Shown here piece by piece: positions 12,171 to 22,789 of a stretch of 64,000 bases of DNA; position 1 is the stretch's first letter, and every line of letters begins with the position of its first letter. Origin of the DNA: Macrostomum lignano (Eukaryota). Location of the stretch: assembly GCA_002269645.1 (NCBI GenBank), contig NIVC01001317.1:1-64000 (forward strand), read 5' to 3'. The notes beneath the pieces were generated by a model. That model saw only the letters and a list, made by a program, of their open reading frames with translations, was not told the origin of the DNA and did not search any database. The position numbers and the translations under genes were made by a program.

Positions 12171-14795
12171 ATGGCCTTCTTGGCGCTATTCTTCTTGGCG
12201 CTGGTCTCCGGTTGCACGCTCGCCACCCAGCAGATGCCGCGGTTCCAGTTCTCACCGTCCAGCAAGGTGTTGCTTTCCTGGAGCGACACCTGGGAGGTCG
12301 GATCGTCCAACATGCTGTCGATTCTCACCGAGGGCAAGCACATCAACATTCAGGTGTCCGTGAGCGGCGATCGCGGCGAAAGCGGCCTAAAAAGAGTTCT
12401 AATTTACGAGTGCCCGCAATCCCAGGCCCAAAGGATTGACATGGACACTCTCCAATCGAGCTTGTCTCCCGAACATCGATGCCCGAATACCATTCCATTC
12501 ACTGTACAGGCGGGCAACTCCGAGAACCATTTTCAACTGAAGATGAAAGCCTCAGAGGTGCACTATACCCAGGTGGCTAGCAGGAGAGTGAAACTCGTTG
12601 TGCGGGTCGAATGGTCTGGCGGGGCAATCCAGTCCAATCCGCTCTTTCTGTACAACTTTGACCCACTTGGCGCATTTAGCGTTGGAAAGATGGGAGCATT
12701 GGATTTAAAATTTCTTACCCCTGCCGCGATTAAGCTGATGACCAGGTTGAACTATTCCAGCCCACTTGACGACCAGTTTCCAGCTGTACCCTTCATTGAA
12801 TCGTCAATTTCAAGCTTTGTGAAAAACTCACCGGAGTTCGTCAGGAGCAAAATAACACTAGGCTCAAGCCTGTACTTTGATGCAGGGTCCTGCTTGCACA
12901 ATCAACTGGGAAAGGCCACGCTGTTTACAAGCTACTACTCCAAATTTGACTTGCGACATCAAAAGCTTCAAAAAATAATGCACCTGGATGTAGAGAGCGG
13001 CTATTTAGACTTTTCTGCTTGCGGTTTAAAACAGGAGATTACCTCATTTTATCATGAAAAGAAGCCGCAGTATACCATTGGAATCTGCACCATCATTTCG
13101 TTCTCCGGAGAATCTGAACCCTACCTAAAAATACAGGCAGCAGATCAGCGCTATTCAATTGATAAAGTCCATTACTCCGGATGTCCCAAATGGTCTACAG
13201 CCTGCAAAGTGGCACCAAATGCTAAGAAAACTTTGACCATAATGGCCGGCATGGACAACACCGCCCTCGTTTGTCCCATTCTGTGCAACGATAAAAGCCA
13301 GACGTATCAATTTTTCAGAGACGGCAACCCACTTTATGCGTCGCAAAAAGAGGAGTGGACAGTCATAGATGGCATTCGGGTGTCGAGAACTGGTAACATC
13401 ATCGAGTTTACACCTTCCGTCTCAAGTGCTCATTCCGGGATATACAAGTGTGATGCTGGATCGGAACACTTTTTTGAGTTCAACGTCACTGTGGTCTCGA
13501 TGCCGCACTTTGCTGTGACCTACTCTTCTGCAGCCAGTGGAATTCCAAGCTCTGAAAGTTCGGGTCTGTTGCCTGAGAAGGTGTTCGCGATGGAGGGCGA
13601 ATCTCTGTCCTATAACTGTACAGTGATGTTCTCTGGATTGAAGTCGGTCACAGTGGAGCCAACGTTCTACATTCCAATGGTCAGCAACGACAAGGTGAAC
13701 TGGGACCGTCTGACAGATGAGGCATTTCGTCAAAAGTTTTCAAATGGAGACAGTTGGATGAGCGTGACTACGACCTCAACTTCGACTTCAAGTAAAACTT
13801 TGACAATGGACGTGATTCGCGTTCCCCCAGCTAATCCGTCACTGGGCACCAACTTCAGTCACCGATTTGAATGCAATGCTTCTCTTAATCAGTTTGAGTC
13901 TGTTTCACAGGTGGGCATGTCAGAGTATCGTACTCAAACGGGTGCCGATATCTTTTTTCTAAAGCGCCTGACGAAGAACGATTTTCTCATAAACCCAAAC
14001 AACAATTGTAGCGTTCAGAAATGCAGCGTCTCGAATGGCGCCAAGTTCGAATTTGCTCTTTCGGAAAGCACCGCAGCCTACCTTCGGGACGTCGGGGTCG
14101 AGGTTTCTGCTTACTTCATGTTGGACGATCTTCTTCTTGAAAATGTGAAGTCCTTGTTTGTCAAAGACGCTTCTGCCATCAGATTTGACGCTAAAACTTT
14201 TACTCTGACTTACAAAGTTTTGCCAATATCTCAGGAAGGCGTTTTGAATGAGCTGCAGAAACGAAAAAACCTTACAGCCGTTTACAATTTCCGCTATCAG
14301 CCAAAAACGGCTTTGACAAACCTTCGACACAACAAAAGTGCTTACGGCAGTCCAAGCGTCGCTCTCGGCCAAAGAGACTGCCGGGCGGACAAGTTATGCT
14401 TTTACTCCACCGACTTTGATTTATCTAATGGGCTTGAATTTCTTCGAGTTGACTTGGCCTTTCTAGATACATCATTAACCGAGCCTGGAATCGCTTCAAC
14501 TTCGGGTGTGATTGTCGGAGTGGCCATCGCTGCCTGTGTGGCTTTGATTGTTGGCCTGGTGGCAGCTTACTTCATGACTAGAACGCCTGAAAGGGCTTAC
14601 CTAGTTGAGGAGAAGGAGATTCGTCTTGGACACAATCCGAAAGCTGAGGCCAAGAACGAAACCTTTAAAGACTACGTCAGGGCCGGTGCCGCCGACAATG
14701 AGGACGCGCCTGTGCAGTCGGTGGTGGGCACGAAGCAGATGCTGAACGCTTCCATTGTGTCCGTTCACAGTAAGGACGACCTGGAGCTGTCGTGA
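12171..14795 (+). CDS. Type I membrane IgSF protein, paralog A (signal peptide, unknown N-terminal region, 2 Ig-like domains, TM, L1/neuroglian-like tail). Single giant coding exon with a possible phase-1 donor at 14769|14770
   Basis: ATG at 12171 starts the hydrophobic MAFLALFFLALVSGCTLA, with cag acceptor at 12165-12167. Ig1: VCPILC...FFRDG...HSGIYKCDAG. Ig2: VFAMEGESLSYNCTV...W...FECNAS. TM: GVIVGVAIAACVALIVGLVAAYFM. Tail YLVEEKE-13aa-ETFKDY has the same spacing as human L1CAM YSVKDKE-13aa-ETFGEY (recalled from memory). Confidence 0.9.
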   Translation: MAFLALFFLALVSGCTLATQQMPRFQFSPSSKVLLSWSDTWEVGSSNMLSILTEGKHINIQVSVSGDRGESGLKRVLIYECPQSQAQRIDMDTLQSSLSPEHRCPNTIPFTVQAGNSENHFQLKMKASEVHYTQVASRRVKLVVRVEWSGGAIQSNPLFLYNFDPLGAFSVGKMGALDLKFLTPAAIKLMTRLNYSSPLDDQFPAVPFIESSISSFVKNSPEFVRSKITLGSSLYFDAGSCLHNQLGKATLFTSYYSKFDLRHQKLQKIMHLDVESGYLDFSACGLKQEITSFYHEKKPQYTIGICTIISFSGESEPYLKIQAADQRYSIDKVHYSGCPKWSTACKVAPNAKKTLTIMAGMDNTALVCPILCNDKSQTYQFFRDGNPLYASQKEEWTVIDGIRVSRTGNIIEFTPSVSSAHSGIYKCDAGSEHFFEFNVTVVSMPHFAVTYSSAASGIPSSESSGLLPEKVFAMEGESLSYNCTVMFSGLKSVTVEPTFYIPMVSNDKVNWDRLTDEAFRQKFSNGDSWMSVTTTSTSTSSKTLTMDVIRVPPANPSLGTNFSHRFECNASLNQFESVSQVGMSEYRTQTGADIFFLKRLTKNDFLINPNNNCSVQKCSVSNGAKFEFALSESTAAYLRDVGVEVSAYFMLDDLLLENVKSLFVKDASAIRFDAKTFTLTYKVLPISQEGVLNELQKRKNLTAVYNFRYQPKTALTNLRHNKSAYGSPSVALGQRDCRADKLCFYSTDFDLSNGLEFLRVDLAFLDTSLTEPGIASTSGVIVGVAIAACVALIVGLVAAYFMTRTPERAYLVEEKEIRLGHNPKAEAKNETFKDYVRAGAADNEDAPVQSVVGTKQMLNASIVSVHSKDDLELS

Positions 14796-15639
14796 TTGCG
14801 ATATGACACGTCGACAAACAGCACAGACAGAATGTGCATGCGTCGTAGATATTGTTACTCTTATTCAAGTCTTTACGTCAGGAAAGACAGTGCATAGATG
14901 TTAAAAATCGCTTAGTGATTAGAGCTGGTGGTTTAATTAAAATAGCTACATGTACTCAGAAATTCCTACTTTTATTATAAAAAGTTAATCAGAAACCGAA
15001 TTCAAGACATACTGGATTACACAATTTGTTACATATAGTACGTTTGCTGTTAATTGACCCATTGGCCATAAAATTCACCCAGTTTTTTTACTATTACTAT
15101 ATTGATATCACTAGTTCAGCCAATGATCTAAATATTATATTAAGCTTTCGCTATGCACGCAACTGTTAAGTTGATTAACATAATTAGATGCTTAAATACA
15201 AAGCACACTATATTATGAGATATACGCTAAGAGTTCTTACACACTATCATTCTATATCATTTACAACCCTTCAAATTACTTTGCCATCAACTTTCCACGG
15301 AGAAAGTCCAAATATTTGAATCACCTGCTGACCTTCTCCCTCTATTCATGTTTTTTCTCGAAGCAATTTGTCAACCTGTCCTAAAGCAGAACTTCTTAAT
15401 TCAATGCGAATCCTGTTTAATGCTTTTGCGTCGAGAATTTATGAAAATTCAGAGATTCGATAAAAATTGCTGTAACTGAAAATGCAACTAAGCCAAAGTT
15501 TGAAAGCCAGGCGGACAGATGCTTCGGTTAGCTGCTTGCAGAAGATTTATTTTTAAGATAATCGCGACGGTACGAGCGTGTTATTGTGACGCTCCAAAGT
15601 TATGAACGATAGGAAAGCAGTGTTTATATCAAGCATCTG

Positions 15640-15800
15640 CCTACGGTGCTTCTTCCTGTTGATCCTGAAGCGAGTGTATGCTAACATATTTCACCGCCGA
15701 AGAAAATTCTGCCAAAAATTGAAAATCTTATTCGAGCTATTACGAGTTATGTGTCGGCTTCTCTTCTACGTTTTCTAACACAGTTAGATCGCAAATGTCT
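15640..15800 (+). repeat. Dispersed repeat fragment, homologous to 130-290
   Basis: See 130-290. Confidence 0.6.
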
Positions 15801-15950
15801 GATTATGAATTCTTGCATAGACGTCTATTGAACCTGAGTTGCCTGTGCGCCCACATAGACGTATAGGGGACCGCTTGTGCATAAGCGATTATATAAATCA
15901 TCACAAGGCCATATGGTTGAATTGGCTTGGCATAATTTGATTTAATGTGA

Positions 15951-16530
15951 GGGGATTGTAGCCTACGGGTTAGAGCGTCGGACTCACGACTGAAGGGTCG
16001 GGGGTTCGATTCTCGATCCACACCAGGGGCGTCGCCATGGATTTTATGGTGGGGGAGGGGACAAAGCCAAGAATTCTACATGTACGTGTACATTGTTCTA
16101 GTGTTGTCAGCGGTCATTTTGGCGCCGCAGATACTCATTTTGGCACCGCAGGCGCTATACTGTATTTTATCGCCTGAAGCAAAATTATTGATTTCTATAA
16201 CGGGTCACAAGGATGGGTGGGGGGGGCACAAAGCATTGGCATGTCCTACATGGCTTTTGCCCCATGCAACGCCCCTGATCCACTCGGAACAGTTTGTGTC
16301 CTTGAGCAAGACACTCGTAACTCTGCATTGCTTCAGTTCACTCAGCTGTAAAATGGGTGCCAGCATTAACTGAGGTAATTGAGGCTGTGTGTGGCGACCC
16401 CCCAGTCCTTGGACTGAACAGCCGTACGCAGCCTTCAGATGCGCCGCGCAATAGCTGCGGCTGAGCTGTCGGTTGCACATCTGGCCCAATCGGGGCAGGT
16501 GTAATCAATTGTTATTATTGATTTAATTTA
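15951..16530 (+). mobile_element. tRNA-derived SINE (CORE/V-like central domain) interrupted by a MITE
   Basis: A-box-like tagcctacgggttagagcg and B-box gggttcgattc. Body gtgtccttgagcaagacact...cagctgtaaaatgggtgccagc. AT-rich tail. Second copy at 51931-52470. Confidence 0.8.
16024..16277. mobile_element. hAT-like MITE (TIR CAGGGGCGTYGC) with 8-bp TSD
   Basis: caggggcgtcgc...gcaacgcccctg. Flanks atccacac (16016-16023) and atccactc (16278-16285) match 7/8. Confidence 0.85.
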
Positions 16531-18470
16531 CCGTAAAACTAATTTTATACCTTAGTTTCAACAAAACAGCTAAGTTAATTAGAAATTTTCACTACGTTTC
16601 CTACGTTTATCTGCGTCGCTAGAAAATGGATGCTGTTAAATATTACACACCGACATTTAACCGACATATGACGCCGTTTACCATCGAAGTAATTTACAAA
16701 AATCTGTATTTACTAGCGATGTGCTAACTGATATGCTAACTGACAATGTTCAGTGTTCATTCTTCTGACAGCTGAATAAGCTGTGAATGAATAATAATGC
16801 AGTCTCCTCCTCGTCTAAGAAGTCTTGTAGCAGAATATGAAACCATGCAGAATAGAGCATTTATAGAAATTGATGAAAACAATTCCATTTTCGTGATGCA
16901 ACGTCAACATGTTTAATGTTTCTTAGTTTTCATTTATTCTTTCATTCTAAAAGAATTCTGCAACTTCTAAGAGGAATTTTCTTCAGATTTTTTTCAATAT
17001 TTAAGGCTGTCATGCAGTGACGTATTCAACTGGGGGCTGAGTGGGCGCAAAATTCCTGCATATGCTACTGCCCCCGTTTAAAATACAGCTGAGATATCAT
17101 GATGCTACATCCAAAGCGAAACAGAGAGAGGACAAGCTATAGAAAACCTGTTTAATAGCTTATAACTACGTTTAAGTTGGTGGAATATACGGAAATAAGA
17201 ATTAGTTCTCCAATTTTTTTGCATACATGAAGCTCCCGCCTTGCAAATATGAGCTGCACAGATACAGGTTACTGACTTCGCTTGCATCCAAATCCTCTTG
17301 CATCTGAATTCTGGATCAGGAGGAAACTTAAGTCGACGCTGCTTGAAATTATCAGCGTAAACAGCAGGATGGCTGAGATTCCCTCTAACCGCCATAGATA
17401 CGAATACGTCCTCTCTGTTTACCGCTGACTACAACGCGGGTCAGTTACTAAAGGAGCTGAAGAGAACGCGCGTGATTACTCTCGTACTTTCTAATCAATC
17501 AAAAAAACCATTGAAACGTTATTCTACAGAGATCATCCGTAATTAATTGGTTGGGCGTGTTTGTATGCAAGTATAAATGGCAGATATGACTAAAACTGAT
17601 ATAAATATTATAAGTAGATCAGACTACGTTTTTATATAAATATTTAACTAATGTAAATAACACGACGTTTTGTTAAGATTTCTCGCAATAAGAAATGGAA
17701 CTAATTCAAAACAACTCGGACTAATTTGAGTCGTTAATGAAATAGAGTTTAGGAATCGGATAGAACTATTAAAAATTGTATTAGGCGTGAAACTAATAGA
17801 ATTTTAAAAAATTATTTTTCAAAGGAGTCCAGTTACAACCTGTATACCTTTCTGCTGTTTTTACATCCTTATTTACATATTATTTAGAGATTTTATTAAT
17901 CATTAAATAAAAATAAATTGACGGTTATATACATTTTTTAATTTTCATCTATTACAGAGATTTTATGATGATTTAATAGAAAGTTTTTAACATTTTTGTT
18001 AATAAAGCTACAATAAAGTCATGTGTTTTCCTTCGTGTAGGGATTTTAATTTTGTTTTAAGAGTACTCACTTGTTATAAGTTTAATAGCAAAAACTTAGA
18101 ATAATGAAAAATAATTTGATTAGAAATACAAAAAAATATCAACAATATGTCATTTCGTATTCGAAAAACTTTTAAAAACTTATGAATGAAATAAGAAAAT
18201 ATTTGTGTCTTTTTTTATAAACAAATTAGTATTTTTACAGTCCCGATGAACACTTTTGTATTCAGGCTCATATCAGATGTTTAAGTTTATAAATTTGGCT
18301 AAATCAATTATGATAAAAACATGTACAGTTCTATATTTAGGACAATCACTGAAATTGAATGAAATAAAATTTCAGGTGCCTTTTAACCCTAAAATTGTCT
18401 GATACAGTTGCAATCACGACTATTTCAAATTACTAATGAGCAACAGTTGTTTGCAATTTCAGTGTCAAAA

Positions 18471-21296
18471 ATGAACAACTGCCTGCTATTGATTGCATTG
18501 CTCTGCTTCGCTGCCTACCCAGCTAACAGCTGGTCTCAAGCGCCATATTTCGAGTGCACCTCATCTGCCAAGCTGCTACTTAACTGGGACGACGTCTGGG
18601 AGGTTGGCAACTCCGACGCTATGGCGGTGCTTCGCGCCGGCAACAAAATCGGCGTCCGGCTGCGCGTGCACGGCGACACGGGCGTCGGGCTGCGGCGCCT
18701 GCTGATTTTCCGGTGTCCGAAGTCCGCTGTCTCGGACACGGTCGACCTTGGCTCGGTTGGAGCGGCCGTCACTGCGGCAACTCGCTGCCCAGATTCTCTA
18801 CCATTCAGGATATCGCTGAGCGACAGAAGCCACGTAGACTACAGTCTGTACATCGGGCAGTCCGGCCTTGCTCGGCAGGACGTGTTCAATGGAGCGCTGG
18901 AGCTGCTCGTCCGAGTAGAGTTTTCCACCGGCCTTCTCGTGTCCAGACCGCTGCGCATCTGGAACCTCGATCCCATCACGGCTGTCCCTTCGCGGGCGCT
19001 AGTCGATGCGAACTCGGACACTCCTAGCTTTCTCACCCGGGATGCAACCAGATTCGCCACCAACATTTTCAGCAACAATGATACCTTTTCCAGCGTCGAC
19101 TTTCTTAGCTCCGAGATCGTCGGACTGGTTGCTGAAGCGCCGGAGTTTCTCAGGGCGAAGCTCAATCTGGGCATGATTTTGTACTTTGATTCGTCATCTT
19201 GCATCACCTACCAGCTGGGCAAGTCCATTCTCATCGTTAATTATCACTCAAAAATGGATTCGATGCATAAAAACCACGCCAAGCTGCTATACCTGAATTT
19301 GAGAGACGGCAAGCTCTGGTTTTCAACATGCGGCCTAAGCAGAGAGGTCCAGCTTTTCTTTCAAGACTGCAAGCCTCAGTATTCAATCGGAATCTGTACC
19401 ATCGCATCCGTCACTGGGGACTCAGAGCCCTACGTGAGCACTGGTCCCGTCAGACTAAGAATTCCTCTAGGAGAAGTTTCATACCTGGGCTGTAACAGCA
19501 CTGTGGTGTCTCGAAACTGCGAAGTAGTGCCGAACGTTGCCAGTAAAGTGACTCTGATGACCGGCATGGACAACAATGCCATCGTCTGTCCCATTCTGTG
19601 TAGCGACATGAGCGAGGTCTACCGATTTTATCGCGATCGAAAACCCTTGATGCCGTCGCAGAAGGAGGAATGGAATCTGTTGGATGGAATTCGAGTGTCA
19701 AAGACTGGCAACATCATCGAGTTTACATCTTCGGTGTCCGGTGCTCATTCCGGGATCTACAGATGTGAGGCTGGATCAAAGCGCTTCGAGTTTGACATCA
19801 CTGTGGTCTCGATGCCGCACTTCGCTCAGAATTTTGGCCACGGCGGGAGTCCAAAATCTGATAGTTCCGGTCTATTGCCTGAGAAGGTGTTCGCGATGGA
19901 GGGTGGATCTCTGTCCTACAGCTGTACAGTGACGTTTTCTGGATTGAAGTCGGTCGCATTGGAGCCAACGTTCTACATGCCTATTGTTAGTAACGACAAG
20001 GTGAAGTGGGACCGTCTAACAGATAAGGCATTTCGCCAGAAGGTTTCAAGTGCAGACAGTTGGATGAGCGTGACTACGACCTCAACTTCGAATTCAAGTA
20101 AAACTTTGACAGTGGACGTGATTCGCGTTCCCCCAGCTAATCCGTCACTGGGCACCAACTTCAGTCACCATTTTGAGTGCAAAGCTTCCGTGAACTCCTC
20201 CGAATCACAAAGGATTGGCGCCTCAGATTACTATATCAGAAGTTCTGGCAGTGACGTTGTATTTATCAGAAGGCTAAAAATACAAGATTTTATCATTAAT
20301 ATAACTGACATCTGCTCCGCGCAAGGCTGCAATCAAAACAACGGCACATTTTTTGAGTTCCGTCTATCGGATGAAATAATCAGTTATCTCAACAGAGTTG
20401 GCGTTGAGCTGCAACTCTTTCTCAAGCTGGGCTCGCGACCATTGTTCCCCCGCTCCCCTCTTCTGCAAGACAGGTCGGCCTGCACCCTGGAAACTGACAA
20501 CTCTCGAGGCCGAGTGGCCATCTGGATCCACCCGTCCCTTGGTCCGGAACTCGCTGACCGTCAGAATGTCACCCCGGTATTCAACCTGCGCTATCCGCCA
20601 TCCGTGAGTCTCGGTAGCCTGGAGATGCGAAAGCCACCAGCGGTTCCTGGGGAATCGGTGCTCGCCTACGACTGCCGACAGGACTCTCTGTGCTTCTACT
20701 CCACCGACTTCGATGCCGATGACCAGCTGCGGGACCTCACGGTGGCGCTGAGCTTAAAACAGCCTCAGGCCTCTCAGAATCAATTAGCTGGCGCTAGCGC
20801 TCAAATCTTGGCAGTCACTGTTGTATCGCTGTTGCTGCTCGTTGGCCTAGCTATCGGCATCCGCATGGCAACTAGAGAATCCGAGCGCACCTACCAGGTA
20901 GCCCAGCAGGAGCTCAGACGTGGCTACAATCCCCAGGCGGAGGCTCGCGCTGAGGTATTCAGCGAATATCAACAGCAACATGACGGTCATAATGGAATGT
21001 GGGAGACCAACCAGTACGCGCACAAGCTCTCCCTCGTCAGCGGACTTTCCGAGGAGAGCTCTGCTCGAGCCAGCGTAGAGGAAATCGACTATCGTGAGAA
21101 TAATATTACCTTTTCAAATATTGATTTTGAGCACAATTGAGTCAAGCCTAAATGCGTGTAAATTGTTCCCACCTGGATTTCAGGTGAGTACGCAGAGGAG
21201 GGCTCCTTCATAGGCAACTATCATACTGACGGCGGCAGAGCCCCGAGCTTACCCCAGCAACTGACGCGAGACAATGCGCGCTACACCGAGTCTTGA
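18471..21296 (+). CDS. Type I membrane IgSF protein, paralog B. Giant exon 18471-21093 plus terminal exon 21184-21296 encoding SFIGNY; intron read-through stops at 21140
   Basis: Signal peptide MNNCLLLIALLCFAAYPANS, with tactaat branch-like motif and tttcag acceptor just upstream. Same Ig1/Ig2/TM layout as paralog A. Tail YQVAQQE...EVFSEY. Donor tatc|gtgaga at 21093|21094 and acceptor tttcag|gt at 21183|21184 give DY-R-EYAEEGSFIGNYHTDGGRAPSLPQQLTRDNARYTES*. Confidence 0.88.
21184..21296 (+). CDS. Small terminal exon with L1-family ankyrin-binding-type motif (EEGSFIGNY), absent from the ORF track
   Basis: gt gag tac gca gag gag ggc tcc ttc ata ggc aac tat ... tct tga. Matches L1/neuroglian (N/T)EDGSFIGQY. 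Confidence 0.85.
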
Positions 21297-22789
21297 TACA
21301 CGAACTGTTTGTTTTAACTGCAGCCTACGCTCGTATCTATTGACTACGGTAGCTTCATAATAGTACAAATTTCCTCCATTTTTCCAGTTGTCATAGCATT
21401 TTTAATGGGGCAGGCTCTCCTACAGGAGAGAAACTAAAACTACTCAAATTCATGTGGCTAAATCCAATTAGCCAGCTAATTAATTAAACAAAAGGCTGCT
21501 CTTATACATATTCCCAAGTATCCGGTTTAGTGGACTATTTAACTGTGAGTAGCCAGAGAATCAGCGCCAGAGTCCGGCTCTGAACTCCTGCCGGAAGCCC
21601 CACCCAGCTGTGAGCAATAGCAGCCAGATCTCTACCCGCTGCACAGGGTAATCCCTAAAATGACTTGTCAGACCACGCCGCAAGAGCTGATCTGGAGCTC
21701 TTATGCATTTAGCACTGGAGGCATGCGGCGCAGAATTTGTGCATTGCTTCTCGACCGCAAAATATCCCCTACCCCCCCCCCCCCAATACACTCGTGCTAA
21801 CGATAACCGCGCTGTCTCACATGGCTTCTACAGCCAGTCTTCTAACTCCTGCTCCTGCTGTACAGGGTATTGTCCGATCTCCTAGAAGCAAAACCAGCAG
21901 CAGCGAACATATGATTCAAGGGTACTGCATAGTCAAGGTGACGAATTGTTTGATCCAGTTAATACGCTAACCATTCGTGCACTAATCCTGGGGTGTGTCC
22001 TTGACTCACCCTGAATGACTTTTAGCTGCCGGAATCGCGTCCCGCGCGGGCTCTCTATAGGCGCGGCTGGATTGATCGAGTGGTTCCTGAATTGTTATAG
22101 CTTTTTCGCTTCCTGCAATAGCTGACTGGGTTGAAAAGGCAGCTATTCACAGCTATCTGCGCAGACTCTACATAAATTATAATTCTCTTAATAATGTTTC
22201 CGTGCTTAATTTTGTACCCACTTGCCGGCAGCTTCTGTACAGAATTTTGGATGTGCATATCGAGACAAACAAAAAACAACTCAAACTGCAGAATTGACGT
22301 GTCGGCAATTTTTTCAATGCGAAAGCAATTTTTATGCTTAATCGGCTGTGTTCAAAAGTTGTGAATGCATTTTTTGGTTGCCTATTAATAAGTCGCTTTT
22401 CTTTCTATTATTTATCTTTCCTTCGACTGCACAGCAGTTTAAACTCGAGAATAAAAACCATCATGCGACTTCTATAGACATTCAACCATATGTCGTCTCG
22501 GTTGTCTGTAATATAACTCTTACATGCTCCAAAAGTCCAAACAACGATCGAACAAGAAGCTGATTAATACTCCGAGCGATTTTTGTAGTACCACGACGTG
22601 CATATACATATGCATGTAGTACTATATTACTATATAATCGTAGCTTTTGTATAAATGTATAACTTTTTTGAAATTGCAAAGTTTTCCTACTTAATAAAGA
22701 CAAAAATGAAAATAATATCTTCTTTTCGGTGCTATTTTATTGGAATTTACTTTTACGAGGTAGAGTGTGCAATTGGGGGCACTCGAACG

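Noticed and set aside
15951-16023. Functional tRNA gene (also 51950-52020 and 60640-60738)
   Set aside because: A/B boxes are present but there is no pairing acceptor stem or poly-T terminator. The first two continue into a shared SINE body.
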